From contig OZ024752.1 in assembly GCA_964016885.1 (NCBI GenBank), positions 36,146,001 through 36,210,000 of the forward strand: a stretch of 64,000 nucleotides of DNA, given 5' to 3'. How positions within the stretch are numbered: the stretch's first letter is position 1; every line of letters begins with the position of its first letter. The DNA comes from Eledone cirrhosa. Lineage: Eukaryota. Positions 50,901-61,915 of this stretch are shown in pieces. The notes beneath the pieces were generated by a model. It did no database searches, was not told the DNA's origin, and saw nothing but the letters and a program-made list of their open reading frames with translations. The position numbers were made by a program, and so were the translations under genes.

Positions 50901-53900
50901 TCAGATTAACACAGCTCTGTCTAGCTCAGCTTTGCTTAGCTTAGCTCTCTCCACACTACCAATATTATCCAAAGGGAAGGCAAAAGCTGAAACAACTTGG
51001 CACCATTGTTGTTACAGCGCTGGAGCAAGGTGCGACACATGGTCAACCCTGGCCAGACTTGCCTCCCGGCATGGATGACCCGTCTAACCCATGCAAGTGT
51101 GGAAAAATTGACGTTAAAACGGTGATGATATCATCATAATCAACAGTGTTTAATGTTCTGTTTCCATGCTAGCATAGGTTAGATGAGTTGTCCCGTTGTG
51201 AGACAAGTTAGATCAGGTGACGGTGTCATACTTATACAGAACTGTCTCTGATTTGGTTTTTGCAGCTGGATGCCCTTCCTAACGCCAACCACATTTACAG
51301 TGTGGACTGGTTGCTTTTTATTGTGGCACCAAAATGACCAACTGATAGGTTGGACTGAGTGCTCATTTCTCATGTCACCAGCAACACAACTTTACATATA
51401 CATATTACATCATCATCATCATCATCATTTTACATCCGCTTTTCCCTGTTTGCAAGGGTAGGACGAGTCCTATTCAGCACAGCATCTCTCCAATCATCAC
51501 GGTCCTTTGTCATCTCCTCCGTGAGCTTCAGCGATCTGAGGTCAGCTCTCACCACCTCCGCTCATGTTTTTCATGGTCTTCCTTCTACTAGGATTTCTTG
51601 GCACTTCTTTACCCAGCGGTCATACCAACGCAGTCTTCTCTCCTGCACAATGCAGCCTATCCCTCTTATACACAGTTTCTCTCTCAACTCGTCTATACTT
51701 GTGTAACGCTCTCTAGACAGGAAGTAGCTGGAGTTACTTCCCGTTGAAATTTCCAGAACCTTCTTTGTGACTTCCGTCCAGGGAACTATAAAGGAGAGAG
51801 CTGAAAGCTATCTTTCTTTTTTCACCTTTTGGCTGCCTGGCGCGTTTACGCTGAAGGTATACTCTCTCTTTGGCGCTTTAATTCAAACCGACAACACGGA
51901 AGATGAACATTTTAATCACGAGCTTGGACTATACCTAAATATGTGTGAGGATATTTGTGTACCACGATTATGACAGAGTTAAAATAAAATGAAGGCCTGT
52001 ATTCGATATGGTGTTTTGTAAATGTATCTTATCCTTTTCTGTATAAAAATTAGTAGTCAGATTCATCATCATCATCATCACCGTTTTACGTCCGTTCTTC
52101 CACGCTAGCATGGGTTAGACGGGTTGTCCTGTTGTGGGCAGTGTCTGGTCGGCTGACCATGCCTTGCTCATACAGGAACTGATTTGGCTTGATTTCTACA
52201 GCTGGATGCCCTTTCTAACACCAACCTCATTTACAGTGAGTGCTGGGTGCTTTTTCGTGGCGCCTACACGTCCACTTTACAGTGTGGGCTAGGTGCTTTT
52301 TTACCGTGGCACCTCTACGACCACCTTGCAGTGGGGTGGGTGGGGGCATATTGTCTATATGCTTCAGCTTGTACCCATGGGAGGTCGGGTACTCTGTATT
52401 ACTGCGTGACGCCAGAGGTCACGGTCGTGTGTCATCACCTTTGAGAGGTGTAATTGGGTAAGGTCGGCTTTTATCACCTCATCCCAGGTCATCTTGGGTC
52501 TCCCCACTCCGCGGTTTCCATCAACTTCTAGTGCTCTGCACTTTTTTATGCAGCTGTCATCCTTCATACGCATGTAAATAATCCTGGGTCTGACAGAACA
52601 CTAAAATGGTGACCCGACGTACAGAAACACCAACTACTAAAAAGAAGGAAAAATTTTCTGCGATATCTCTACTGGCTCACCCAGACCACTTGTTCTAGAT
52701 TGCCAGCTAAATAAACTTGGTCATTCACGCACATTCCTTCTACATTATGGGTTTATTTTATATTTAATCACATATTTCTGTTTTTCTAGACCTTTTCGTA
52801 TATACGATGCCCAAACTGGAACACAATCATGGGATCGTGTACATAGACTCGATAAAGGAAAGATCTACCAACAGGTGAGCTATATATATTTTAAGAAATA
52901 TTTAAAAGGATTTAATAATGCATTTTTATTTATGAAGTCTTTGATCAAAATGTTAAAGTTATGTGACTTATTTTACATTATAGATCAATTCTCCCATTAT
53001 TGTGATCCCTTAAATTATAATTCAGAATGTGAAGCCACATGGCTTAGTGGATAAATAATTGAATTCACAATTGTGAGGTTGCAAGTTCAATTCCTGGGCC
53101 GGGCAATGAATTAGGTCCTCGAGCAAGACACTTTATTTCACATTGTTCCTTCTGCCAGAAAGTATCAGCAATGGAAAGACCAATGGAAATATTGTTTCCT
53201 TGGTTCGATTTGATGAGTTCCATCCCACTTGGTAACCGAATGAGGTCTGGGATCTTGTTGATTGTTTTGGTGCCCTGATAAAAAGCACCCAGTTGACAAT
53301 GTAAATGTGTTTGGTATTAAGAAAGACATCCAGCTGTAGAAACCAAGCCAGAAACAGTTTTGCATGAGCAAGACATGGTCAACTGATCTGACTTGTCTTA
53401 CAATGTCAGGACAACTCATCTTACCCATGCTACTGGGGAAAATGGATGTTAAATGGTGATGATGGTAATGATATATATATATAATTATAATTTACCTTTT
53501 AGCATTTAAACTGGCCGAATCCAGCTAGAATTTTCTCACCTCTTTCTGTTCAAAATGGCTGTAACCGGCCACTCATACTGATGTTAATGTATTGTTCTCA
53601 AAATAAATAATATCAAAATCTCATAAATTCGATATTATGTGAGATAAAGCCTTTACCGTGAAATACAATAGTAAATACTAAAGGGTAAAGCAAACAATTT
53701 CTATTAAAAAAATAGATTCTATGTCAAAATCAAATTGAATGCTTGATGTTTAATTATATTTTCATTTCTAGGGCAATTTCTCCCTTCTGCGACAAATGAC
53801 AGGATGGTTTGGTTCCAAAGTATTTTATTTTGGCGATCATGTTTACAGTGACCTAGCAGTAAGTAGATGTTTTTGTTTCTGTTTTACTTCCTTCCATCAA

Positions 53901-56900
53901 CTAAACTGGATTTCACTTTCCACACGAGGATCTGGTGGGGAAGCCAGTTTAGTCCTTGACCGCCCGACCATGAATTCACGTCCAATCCAATCCAATCCAG
54001 GGCCTTCTCACTCCTGTTGAAGGAACCCCTCCCTGGTTGACCTCCACCTCTTTCTGTTTGGTTTTGGTCATGTCTTCAGGGCTGTAGCCATACACACCAC
54101 ACTAGGCCAATTACAGGTTGGTGAGGCTATTTAACCAATAGTTAAGAAGTTCATCCACCCTTTTTTTAACAGCTCTTGTTTTTTGTGTTGCTGGGGTTCC
54201 ACTTACCTTCTCCATCTGACCAGGGTCTGGTAGGGAAACTGATCTAGTTGTCTATCACTCAACCATGAAGCAGGTTGTACATGGTACCAGTAGCAGGCAG
54301 AATCCTGACTAGATCAAGGTCTCGTTGAGGAAGCTGATTTAGTTGCCAACCATTCAGCCATAAATTCACATACATCCATATAAAATAATAATAATGAAAT
54401 TATTGTGTAAAGTGCTCAGGTGCACTACAACTCGTCAAAGGTGTATGTATAGTACATAGAATAATACACAAATGTCAGGAAAGTACATATAATCAATGTT
54501 AAATTCTACATCAGCATGACTAAGTATTTTATCTCGTTGTATATATACTGAAAGAATTCCTTCATTGGACTTTCTATACCTGAATTGTTTCTTATTATAG
54601 GATGTTGCCCTGAGACATGGCTGGAGGACTGGAGCTATTATTCCTGAGCTTGAGGTATGGAAATAAAATTATAAATAAAATTGTACTGCATTTTTAATTA
54701 AATTTATCATGGCTTAGTGGTTAGTGCAATCGAAAGGTTGTGAGTTCAATTCTAAGACCGGGTGATGTGTTGTTTCCTTGAGCAAGACACTTTATTTCAC
54801 ATTGCTCCAGTTTACTCAGCTGTAGAAATGAGATGATAGGGACTGAGGTCCCTATCATTCCACTGCAAAGTGGTCGTGGAGGTGCCACGGCAAAAAAAGC
54901 ACCCAGCACTCACTGTAAATGAGGTTGGTGTTAGGAAAGCCATCCAGCTGTAGAAATCAAGCCAGAATCAGTTCCCGTCCCACCCTTGCAAGCAGGGAAA
55001 AAATGGACGTAAAATGAAATGAAATGATGATGATGATGATATTTGATGAAAGAACTTATATTGAAATTAAACTTTAAAATACATCAATTATTTGTTGATG
55101 ATTAAATTTAAAATATCAATTATTTGTTGATGAGTTAATTAAATAAATAAATTATTTGTTGATAATTCAATTAAACTATGAAATTATTTTCATATTCCAT
55201 GTCAATACGAGTGAGACACATGCTAGCGTGGAAGATAGACATTAAGTGAATCGCGCCGAGGTTCACTTTGCCTTTCATCCTTACGGGGTTGATAAAATAA
55301 AGTACCAGTAATGTGCTGGGATAATTGCTGGCCTTGTGCCAAAAGTAGAAACAATTATTTACTGTAAATGTTTTATATTTGCATACATAGTATGGTCCCA
55401 TAACCCCTAGTGAAATCATAGGGGTGCCATATTGACATAAGGTGTTTCTAGGGTATTTTTTAAAAACCTTGGTGAAGGCCATCTCCTCTCCAGGTCTGAA
55501 CACAGCAGATTTCTTCCAGAGAAGGATAGAAAGAGATAAGAGGAAGAATAGACCCCAGTACTTGACTGGTACTTATTTTATCAACCTTGATGGGATTTGA
55601 GCTCAGAGATCAGGGGGCTGGAACAAATCATTCTATCCAATGTTCTGACAACCCTGCCAATTTCCCACCATATTGGAGGCGCGTGGCTGAGTGGTTAGAG
55701 AATTGGATTCACAATCGTGAGGTCGTGAGTTCGATTCCCGAACCGGGCGATGCGTTATGTCCTTGAGCAAGACACTTTATTTCATGTTGCTCCTTCTACC
55801 TGGAGTTGCAACCGATAGATAGTATTAGCAATTGGAAAGACCAGTGGAAATATTGTTTCCTCGGTCCAATTTGACGAAAGTCGATCGTTAAAAAAATTGT
55901 TATATTTAACTTGTTTTGTTTTTTGTCTCATTTTGTTGTTTCTTTTGTCTCAAATTTGTTGTTTTTGTCTCATATATTTGATTTTTGTTTTGTTGTTTTT
56001 TTAGAATGAAATTGACAAAATCAATGCCAACGAGTATAAAGCAGCTGTGAGGTGGGGCATGGTGCTACAACAAATGGTAGAATATTGTCAGGTTGGTTAG
56101 TTTAGAAGATATATATCATCATCATCATCATCATCATCAATCAATCAACCAGTCATCACCATCATCATCATTACCATCACAACCACCACTAGCATCATCA
56201 TTATCATCTACCATCATCATCATTATCACCATTACCATTATCACCATCATCACCATCATATCATCATCCCCATCATCATCACCATTCCACACTTTACAGA
56301 GTGTACTAGGTGTGATTATCATGTAGAACACCAACATTAGGGATTTCTGTCATCCCAGTGGAAGGAAGTGGCAGTAGAGGTAGACCAAGGACGACCTGGG
56401 TGGAGGTGGTGAGAGCTGACCTCAGACCACTGAGACTCACAGAAGAGATGTCAAAGAAACGCAACGAGTGGAGAGATGCTGTGCTGAAAAGGACCCGTCC
56501 AACCCATGCGAGCGTGGAAAAACAAACGTAAAAACGATGATGATGATGATATCTGAAATTTTTTTAAAGAAAATTTCAAAAATATATTTTCATTATAAAA
56601 CAGTTATTGTTGGTCTTTGTGGCCAATAAAGAAATTATTATAAAACTGTTATTTATTATTATTTTCAGGATAGTACGGCACCTGAAGACAAAGAAATTTT
56701 AAAAGAATGGCTTCATGAAAGAGACTTAGTGAGGTAAGAACAACAACACTCTGTCTTTCTAAATTTGTACTCAACTGTAACACTTTTTAATGTTAAATCA
56801 AATTAGTTTTACTAATAACTTTACTGCAGTGATTCCAAGACTTATTTCATTACAAGAACCCTTTATATGACTATTAAAAAATTAGAGAACCATGCCTATA

Positions 56901-57902
56901 TTTTATGGACAGTCTCCAACACCCTAATTTTAATAAACCATTAAATGAAACACAGGTACAAGAACAACAACCACACATAAACACACACTAGTGAGCAAAG
57001 ATAGAATACAAACACACACAGACTCAGACACAAACTCACACACAAATGCCTGCACAAACAGAGATAAGAATAAATAAATAAATTTAAAAAATAGAATAGA
57101 TATTACAATACAATGGGAGGAAACATAATAGTACCACTGATGATGTCACAGGTGTGTGATGAAAGAACTTTGATAGACTATATATATATATTTATATCAA
57201 TATTTTTAACTGTTCCCATTTAATATAATTAAGAGCCAAAACACTTGCATGATTGAGGGTAGAAGAGAGATTCTTCTCTGAAGACCTTCTACTGTCCAGC
57301 ACTCCTAAGAGTTTCCTCTCTGAAGACCTGCTGTCCAATTCTCCTGAGAGTTTCTTCTCTGAAGACCTGCTGTCCAGCTCTCTTGAGAGTTTCCTCTCTG
57401 AAGACCTGCTGTCCAATTCTCCTGAGAGTTTCTTCTCTGAAGACCTGCTGTCCAGCTCTCTTGAGAGTTTCTTCTCTGAAGACAGTCTGCTGTCCAGCTC
57501 TCCTGAGAGTTTCTTCTCTGAAGACCTTCTGCTGTCCAGCTCTCTTGAGAGTTTCTTCTCTGAAGACCTTCTGCTGTCCAGCTCTCTTGAGAGTTTCTTC
57601 TCTGAAGACCTTCTGCTGTCCAGCTCTCTTGAGAATTTCTTACCACTAATAATGTTTTTATTGTTTCTATTTTTTTTCCTTTCCACAGGGCATACGCCAA
57701 AGAGATTTTCAACCCACATTTTGGAAGTGTATTCCGTACGCATCACAATCCTACATATTTTTCACGCCGCCTGTCACGTTTTGCTGATTTATATATGTCT
57801 AATTTGACCAACTTACTTCGCTATTCAGTTGACCATACTTTCTATCCACGTCGGTTAGCATTGCCTCATGAATCACAACCATTTTCCAGTATGTTCATAT
57901 GA
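38625..57902 (+). CDS. NT5DC3: 5'-nucleotidase domain-containing protein (NT5DC2/NT5DC3-like HAD phosphatase); whole gene span, 16 coding exons, 525 aa
   Basis: Manually spliced exons total 1578 nt with consistent phases and GT-AG introns. HAD motifs: [35 protein letters not shown]; also [13 protein letters not shown] and [13 protein letters not shown]5DC3 versus NT5DC2 orthology is not resolved. Confidence 0.93.
39001..39195. mobile_element. Mariner/Tc1-type MITE
   Basis: TA-cgagagtgtgctga ... tcagccaaccctcg-TA termini. Confidence 0.7.
39919..40648. repeat. Long inverted repeat (~350-bp arms, 33-bp spacer) in intron 1
   Basis: 39919-40268 is the near-perfect reverse complement of 40302-40648; a further partial copy lies at about 39779-39918. 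Confidence 0.93.
41100..41726 (+). mobile_element. RTE LINE 3' end with 3'UTR and (GAT)n tail, preceded by a CR1 3'UTR piece at about 40990-41122
   Basis: [53 protein letters not shown]; the UTR contains ggttggtgttaggaagggcatccagcc. Confidence 0.85.
41875..42050 (+). CDS. NT5DC3: NT5DC exon 2 (HAD motif I)
   Basis: tttag|..[58 protein letters not shown]|gtaaca. Confidence 0.95.
42379..42453 (+). CDS. NT5DC3: NT5DC exon 3
   Basis: ttcag|[25 protein letters not shown]|gtaagt. Confidence 0.95.
43066..43121 (+). CDS. NT5DC3: NT5DC exon 4
   Basis: ttcag|[19 protein letters not shown]|gtatgt. Confidence 0.95.
43196..43435 (+). mobile_element. CORE-like SINE variant
   Basis: B box ggttcgattcc, then ttcttgaccaaaacacttcatttca...actcagctg.aaatga, followed by a different tail. 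Confidence 0.65.
44385..44835. repeat. ~123-bp tandem repeat (~3.6 copies)
   Basis: Unit ctctgaagaccttctgctgtctggctcttctgagagttttctaccactgtaata...taagacaagagagtgtgatatttgcaatacacagggtct. Confidence 0.9.
45014..45104 (+). CDS. NT5DC3: NT5DC exon 5
   Basis: aacag|[30 protein letters not shown]|gtaagt. Confidence 0.93.
45178..45397 (+). mobile_element. piggyBac-type MITE copy (degenerate ends)
   Basis: Homologous to 12755-12963. Confidence 0.75.
46318..46386 (+). CDS. NT5DC3: NT5DC exon 6
   Basis: atcag|[23 protein letters not shown]|gtaaaa. Confidence 0.93.
46484..46690 (+). mobile_element. piggyBac-type MITE copy
   Basis: ccctttagcatttacattactct...ggtttaaattctaaa; right end truncated. Confidence 0.75.
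47045..47254 (+). mobile_element. piggyBac-type MITE, intact, TTAA TSD
   Basis: TTAA-ccctttagcattcac ... cattaaaggg-TTAA. Confidence 0.88.
47333..47389 (+). CDS. NT5DC3: NT5DC exon 7
   Basis: tttag|[19 protein letters not shown]|gtaagt. Confidence 0.95.
47637..48368. repeat. G-rich tandem repeat, ~139/151-bp alternating units (290-bp dimer), ~5 units
   Basis: gccaatttgtggggcctggggcaggtcag...gagggggcaggggttctagagggaacc...ccctacccacagatctagacttctgcacc. Confidence 0.9.
48728..48788 (+). CDS. NT5DC3: NT5DC exon 8
   Basis: tctag|[20 protein letters not shown](G)|gtaagt. Confidence 0.94.
49614..49716 (+). CDS. NT5DC3: NT5DC exon 9 (HAD motif II)
   Basis: tttag|[33 protein letters not shown](V)|gtgagt. 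Confidence 0.95.
50061..50162 (+). CDS. NT5DC3: NT5DC exon 10 (HAD motif III)
   Basis: tgtag|[33 protein letters not shown](R)|gtaaga. Confidence 0.96.
51410..51700 (-). mobile_element. RTE LINE 3' fragment
   Basis: (CAT)n tail; the minus strand has RRLRWY- and RP.KT..EVVRADL-type coding remnants. Confidence 0.7.
52064..52573 (-). mobile_element. RTE LINE 3' end with UTR
   Basis: [45 protein letters not shown] plus tail motif and (GAT)n. Confidence 0.85.
52790..52874 (+). CDS. NT5DC3: NT5DC exon 11
   Basis: tctag|[28 protein letters not shown]|gtgagc. Confidence 0.95.
53030..53212 (+). mobile_element. CORE-like SINE with alternative tail (type C)
   Basis: tRNA-like head and gagcaagacactttatttcac, then agcaatggaaagaccaatggaaatattgtttcct; same type as 55675-55886. 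Confidence 0.7.
53494..53685 (-). mobile_element. piggyBac-type MITE, reverse orientation
   Basis: Reverse complement of 12755-12963. Confidence 0.78.
53772..53858 (+). CDS. NT5DC3: NT5DC exon 12 (HAD motif IV)
   Basis: tctag|[29 protein letters not shown]|gtaagt. Confidence 0.96.
54601..54654 (+). CDS. NT5DC3: NT5DC exon 13
   Basis: tatag|[18 protein letters not shown]|gtatgg. Confidence 0.96.
54709..55040 (+). mobile_element. Type B SINE
   Basis: Near-identical to 3180-3511, with a small deletion in the head. Confidence 0.88.
55675..55886 (+). mobile_element. Type C SINE
   Basis: ggaggcgcgtggctgagtggttagag...gagttcgattccc (A/B boxes), CORE-like segment, distinct tail. Confidence 0.8.
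56005..56091 (+). CDS. NT5DC3: NT5DC exon 14
   Basis: tttag|[29 protein letters not shown]|gttggt. Confidence 0.9.
56115..56285. repeat. Imperfect (CAT/CAC)n microsatellite
   Basis: Trinucleotide runs. Confidence 0.9.
56350..56550 (+). mobile_element. Short RTE 3' fragment
   Basis: [22 protein letters not shown]...RNEWRDAVL followed by (GAT)n. Confidence 0.8.
56669..56733 (+). CDS. NT5DC3: NT5DC exon 15
   Basis: ttcag|[21 protein letters not shown](R)|gtaaga. Confidence 0.92.
57266..57645. repeat. 33/36-bp minisatellite (~10-11 copies) just upstream of the last acceptor
   Basis: Unit ttcttctctgaagacc(ttc)tgctgtccagctctcttgagagt. Confidence 0.93.
57689..57902 (+). CDS. NT5DC3: NT5DC exon 16 (terminal, TGA)
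   Basis: cacag|[70 protein letters not shown]. Confidence 0.96.
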
Positions 57903-58481
57903 CATGTCTCAGCTCTATCACTTCCATTCAACATATCATGATTATTGAAGTAGGAAATTTGTTAAATGATTTAGATATTTCGACTTGTATTTAAATACAT
58001 TTTAAATTTAGTTGGGTTTTTTTTTTTTTTTTTTCATATTAGAAAATAATAGCATAAAAGTTCAGAAATTCTATTTAATGAAAGAAAAATAGCTTTATTG
58101 AAAACAAGATTCACAATTTAGTTTTATAGTTTTATGTTGTAATAGTCATATTAATTAATTTTCTGTTCTTTAATTGTGTTAGAGCAACTGTCTTGATTGT
58201 AATAGCAGCCAAATCTTCCCCAAGTTACACCCTAGCATCTTAGAAAAAGCAAAAAAGACACAGGGTTCACCATGCCTAGAAACGATGGGATGGTCATAGC
58301 TGGAATGTCTTTGATCATAGGTTTGCTTTATTAGGAGATATTTGGGGGCTAAACAACAACAACAACAATGTCAAGTCGGCTGACGTTCACTGCAAGGTTT
58401 CGTGACCCTTGTTCTATTTAGTCCCATCACTATATAGTTTCAGTTCAAATACTTCCACAATGAACTTGCTTTTTGTTGAAA

Positions 58482-59085
58482 TATATACCAGTTATAAACT
58501 GAGTGTCAGTTTAGTTTGTACCCTTCTTCTACAAATATATACCAGTCATACACTGGTGCCAATTTAGTCTATAACCTTCTACCAATATATACCAGTCATA
58601 CACTGGTGCCAATTTAGTCTATAACCTTCTACCAATATATACCAGTCATAAACTGGTGCCAATTTAGTCTATAACCTTCTACCAATATGTACCAGTCATA
58701 AACTGGTGCCAATTTAGTCTATAACCTTCTACAAATATGTACCAGTCATAAACTGGTGCCAATTTAGTCTATAACCTTCTACAAATATATACCAGTCATA
58801 AACTGGTGCCAATTTAGTCTATAACCTTCTACCAATATGTACCAGTCATACACTGGTATTATTTTAGTCTATAACCTTCTACAAATATGTACCAGTCATA
58901 CACTGGGGCCAGTTTAGTCTATAACTTTCTAAAATATATACCAGTCATAAACTGGTGCTATTTTAGTCTGTAACCTTGCAAATATATACCAGTCATGAAC
59001 TGGTGTTAGTTTAGTTTGTACCCTTCTCCTACAAATATGTACCAGTCATACACTGGGGCCAGTTTAGTCTGTAACCTCCTACAAA
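58482..59085. repeat. 50-bp minisatellite (~12 copies)
   Basis: Unit aatttagtctataaccttctaccaatatataccagtcatacactggtgcc. Confidence 0.92.
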
Positions 59086-59254
59086 TTCTGTTGTCTTTTA
59101 CCAAAGTTAGAAATCATATTATTATTATTATTATTATTATTAGATTATTAACTTTGCCTTTCATCCTTACGGGGGTCGATAAAATAAAGTACCAGTAATG
59201 CACTGGGGGTAATTGCTGGCCTAATGCACTGGTGTAATTGCTGTTTAAGGAAAA

Positions 59255-60070
59255 AGTGATGCTCTGGAAAGGAGCAACCTCAGAGGCATAAAAACTGATG
59301 GAATCATGTAATGAAAGTGACAGAAAGAGTGTTAGCACAACTAATTAGGGAAAGGGTCAAATTAGATGAGGTGCAATTTAGTTTTGTGCCAAGAGGGAGC
59401 AGCAACAACAACAACATCACAGATGCTCTCTTCTTAGTGAGACAACTACAAGAGAAGTTTCTAACCATCTGCTTTTGTAGATCTGGAAAAACAAAGTGTT
59501 ATCTTGTGATCCTTAAGGAAACTGGGTTTAGAAGAGTTGGTAAAGAGTTTAGTGAGGAATTCAATGTGCAGATAGGTGTTCACCTGGGCAGTCCTCAACC
59601 CACTCCTGACCATCACAGGGGAGTTTAAGACTTGATGTCCATGGAAACTTCTGTAGTTTATATAACTGAATCTGTTGAAGAGTTAGAGAAGAGATTCCTG
59701 GTGTGGAAAGAGAACTTAGAATCAAAAGGGCTGAGAGTGATCTTAACAAAAGACCAAAGGTTTACTAAGTAAGGAAGAAGACAAGGTCTTTGATGCTATC
59801 AGGGAAATGGCCATTTGTAATATGCAAAAAAGGAGTAGGTCGGATCTCAGAACTCTTCAATGTACGCAATGTAAGATATGGTTACACAAGATGTGTAGTG
59901 GGATTGCAGGCAATCTACCAGGAGGGATAGTCAGTTGTAAGAGAAAGTGAAATATTAATATTCCAATACTGATCTCAGAGGAATTGATGAGAGATGACAT
60001 TGAGTGGAGGCAGACTGTACTGGAGAAAATCTAGCCAACCCATGCAAACATAGAAACGTGGATGATGTTG
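59255..60070 (+). mobile_element. Heavily deleted RTE LINE (RT fragments plus Cys/His cluster)
   Basis: MKVTERVLAQLIRERVKLDEVQFSFVPRG..TDALFLVRQLQEK, EEFNVQIGVHLGS; later QCTQCKIWLHKMCSGI; tail aacccatgca..gatgatg. Confidence 0.8.
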
Positions 60071-60134
60071 ATGGTTGTGAAGATGATAGGGGTGAGTGAA
60101 TGGCAAAATTTGATAGTCGTGTACGAAAGGCCAT

Positions 60135-61290
60135 TGGTGAATTGGCAGTATCAGTAGAGGGTTGGACGCCATGCTTTCTAGCATAGTTACGTCCCTTTAC
60201 GGTTTGAGTTCAAATCCCGTCGAGGTTAACTTTGCCTTTCATCCTTACGGGGTCGATAAAATAAAGTACCAGTAGTGTACTGGGTAATTGCTGGTCTTGT
60301 GCCAAAAGTAGAAACAATTATTTATCATAGCGGTGGTGGAGTGGCAGTATCAGCAGATAGTCGGACGCCATGCTTTCCAGCATAGTTACGTCCCTTTACG
60401 GTCTGAGTTCAAATCCCGCTGAGGTTTACTTTGCCTTTCATCCTTACGGGGTCGATAAAATAAAGTACCAGTAATGCACTGGGTAATTGCTGGCCTTGTG
60501 CCTAAAGTAGAAACAATTATTTATCATAGCATCAACACTAGCTAGGTTGTTATATATTAGGCCAGACTGAAAACTCTTCTCTACCCTATATAGTCACCAT
60601 TAGAAACTTTACAAAATTATTATTATTTTTAATTAGGGAAATGAGCGGTAGATTGGCAGTATCGGTAGAGAGTTGGACACCATGCTTTGCAGCATAGAGT
60701 TACGGCCCTTTGCGGTCTGAGTTCAAATCCCACTGAGGTTAACTTTGCCTTTCATCCTTAAGGGGTCGATAAAGTAAAGCACCAGTAACGTACTGGGGTC
60801 AATTTAATCGACTTTCCCCTTCCCTGAAAATTGCTGGCCTTGTGCCTATACTAGAAATCATTATTAATTTTACGATCTGAGTTCAAATCCCGCCGAGGTT
60901 GACTTTGCCTTTCATCCTTACGGGGTCAATAAAATAAAGTACCAGTAATGCACTGGGTAATTGCTGGCCTTGTGCCTAAAGTAGAAACAATTATTAATTA
61001 AGGAAGTAGATGTTAACTTTGCCTTTCATTACGGGGTCGATAAAATAAAGTACCAGTAATGTACTGGGTAATTGCTGGCCTTGTGCCAAAAGTAGAAACA
61101 ATTATTAATTAGGGAAGTAGATGGCAGAATCAGTAGAGTATGAAAGAAAATGTCTTTGATTATGCCCGGTTCTTCACGTTTTGAGTTCAAATCCCACTGA
61201 AGTCAACTTTGCCTTTCATTATTTAGGACTCAATAAAATAATAAGTGTCAGTCAAGTACTGAGGTTGATTTAATTGACTTTCATTCCTTC
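60135..61290 (+). mobile_element. Cluster of about 6 same-orientation type A SINEs
   Basis: Repeated head, body and tail as at 6635-7165; several are 5'-truncated. Confidence 0.9.
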
Positions 61291-61692
61291 GAAATCCTTT
61301 AAGACCTTCACAGAGATACTCCCTTGATATTAGATTTTTAAACCCAAAAATATTTGGGATTAAATTTGCTAAGTTAAGATTCTATTGTTATCTTGGCACC
61401 TTTAAATTTTCTAATGCATTGTATGGTTTTCAAAATTATTTAAATTTATATTTCCTATTCAACAATGCTTCAAGCAAACTACAATACTCTAATATATATA
61501 TAAGAAAAGATTAACAAAGATTTTAATTGAAGCATTTAATAGATTTACAATTTAGTTTTGATAGACTAACAAGAATATTCCATACCTGTTAGAATAACTT
61601 CTCAAAATCAATCAAATACAAATCTATAAATACCTTACATGTTATAGAATTCCAGTGAGAGAAAAGAGCCGAAAATATGATATATATAATAT

Positions 61693-61867
61693 ACAAGTAA
61701 AATTCTGTTATAATGAATACCATTATAACAAATTTTTCAGTATAACGAAATTTTTTTCATTCCCGGGCCACACACTCAATGTGTTAGGTCAATCTCGTTA
61801 TAAAGAATTTTTCGTTACAACAAATTTTTTTTTATACTCCATGAATTTCGTTATAACAGAATTTTAC

Positions 61868-61869
<2 letters not shown>
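61693..61869. mobile_element. Tigger/pogo-type MITE
   Basis: TIRs agtaaaattctgttataatgaa / ttcgttataacagaattttactg, with internal ataacgaa repeats, in TA-rich flanks. Confidence 0.72.

Positions 61870-61915
<46 letters not shown>

Noticed and set aside
50570-50950. Short ctcagct/atctg repeats with a 114-aa ORF
   Set aside because: Low-complexity intronic slippage; no homology recognised.
57192-57807. 184-aa ORFs on both strands
   Set aside because: By-product of 33/36-bp units; the + ORF is out of frame with the true last exon and lies mostly in intron 15.
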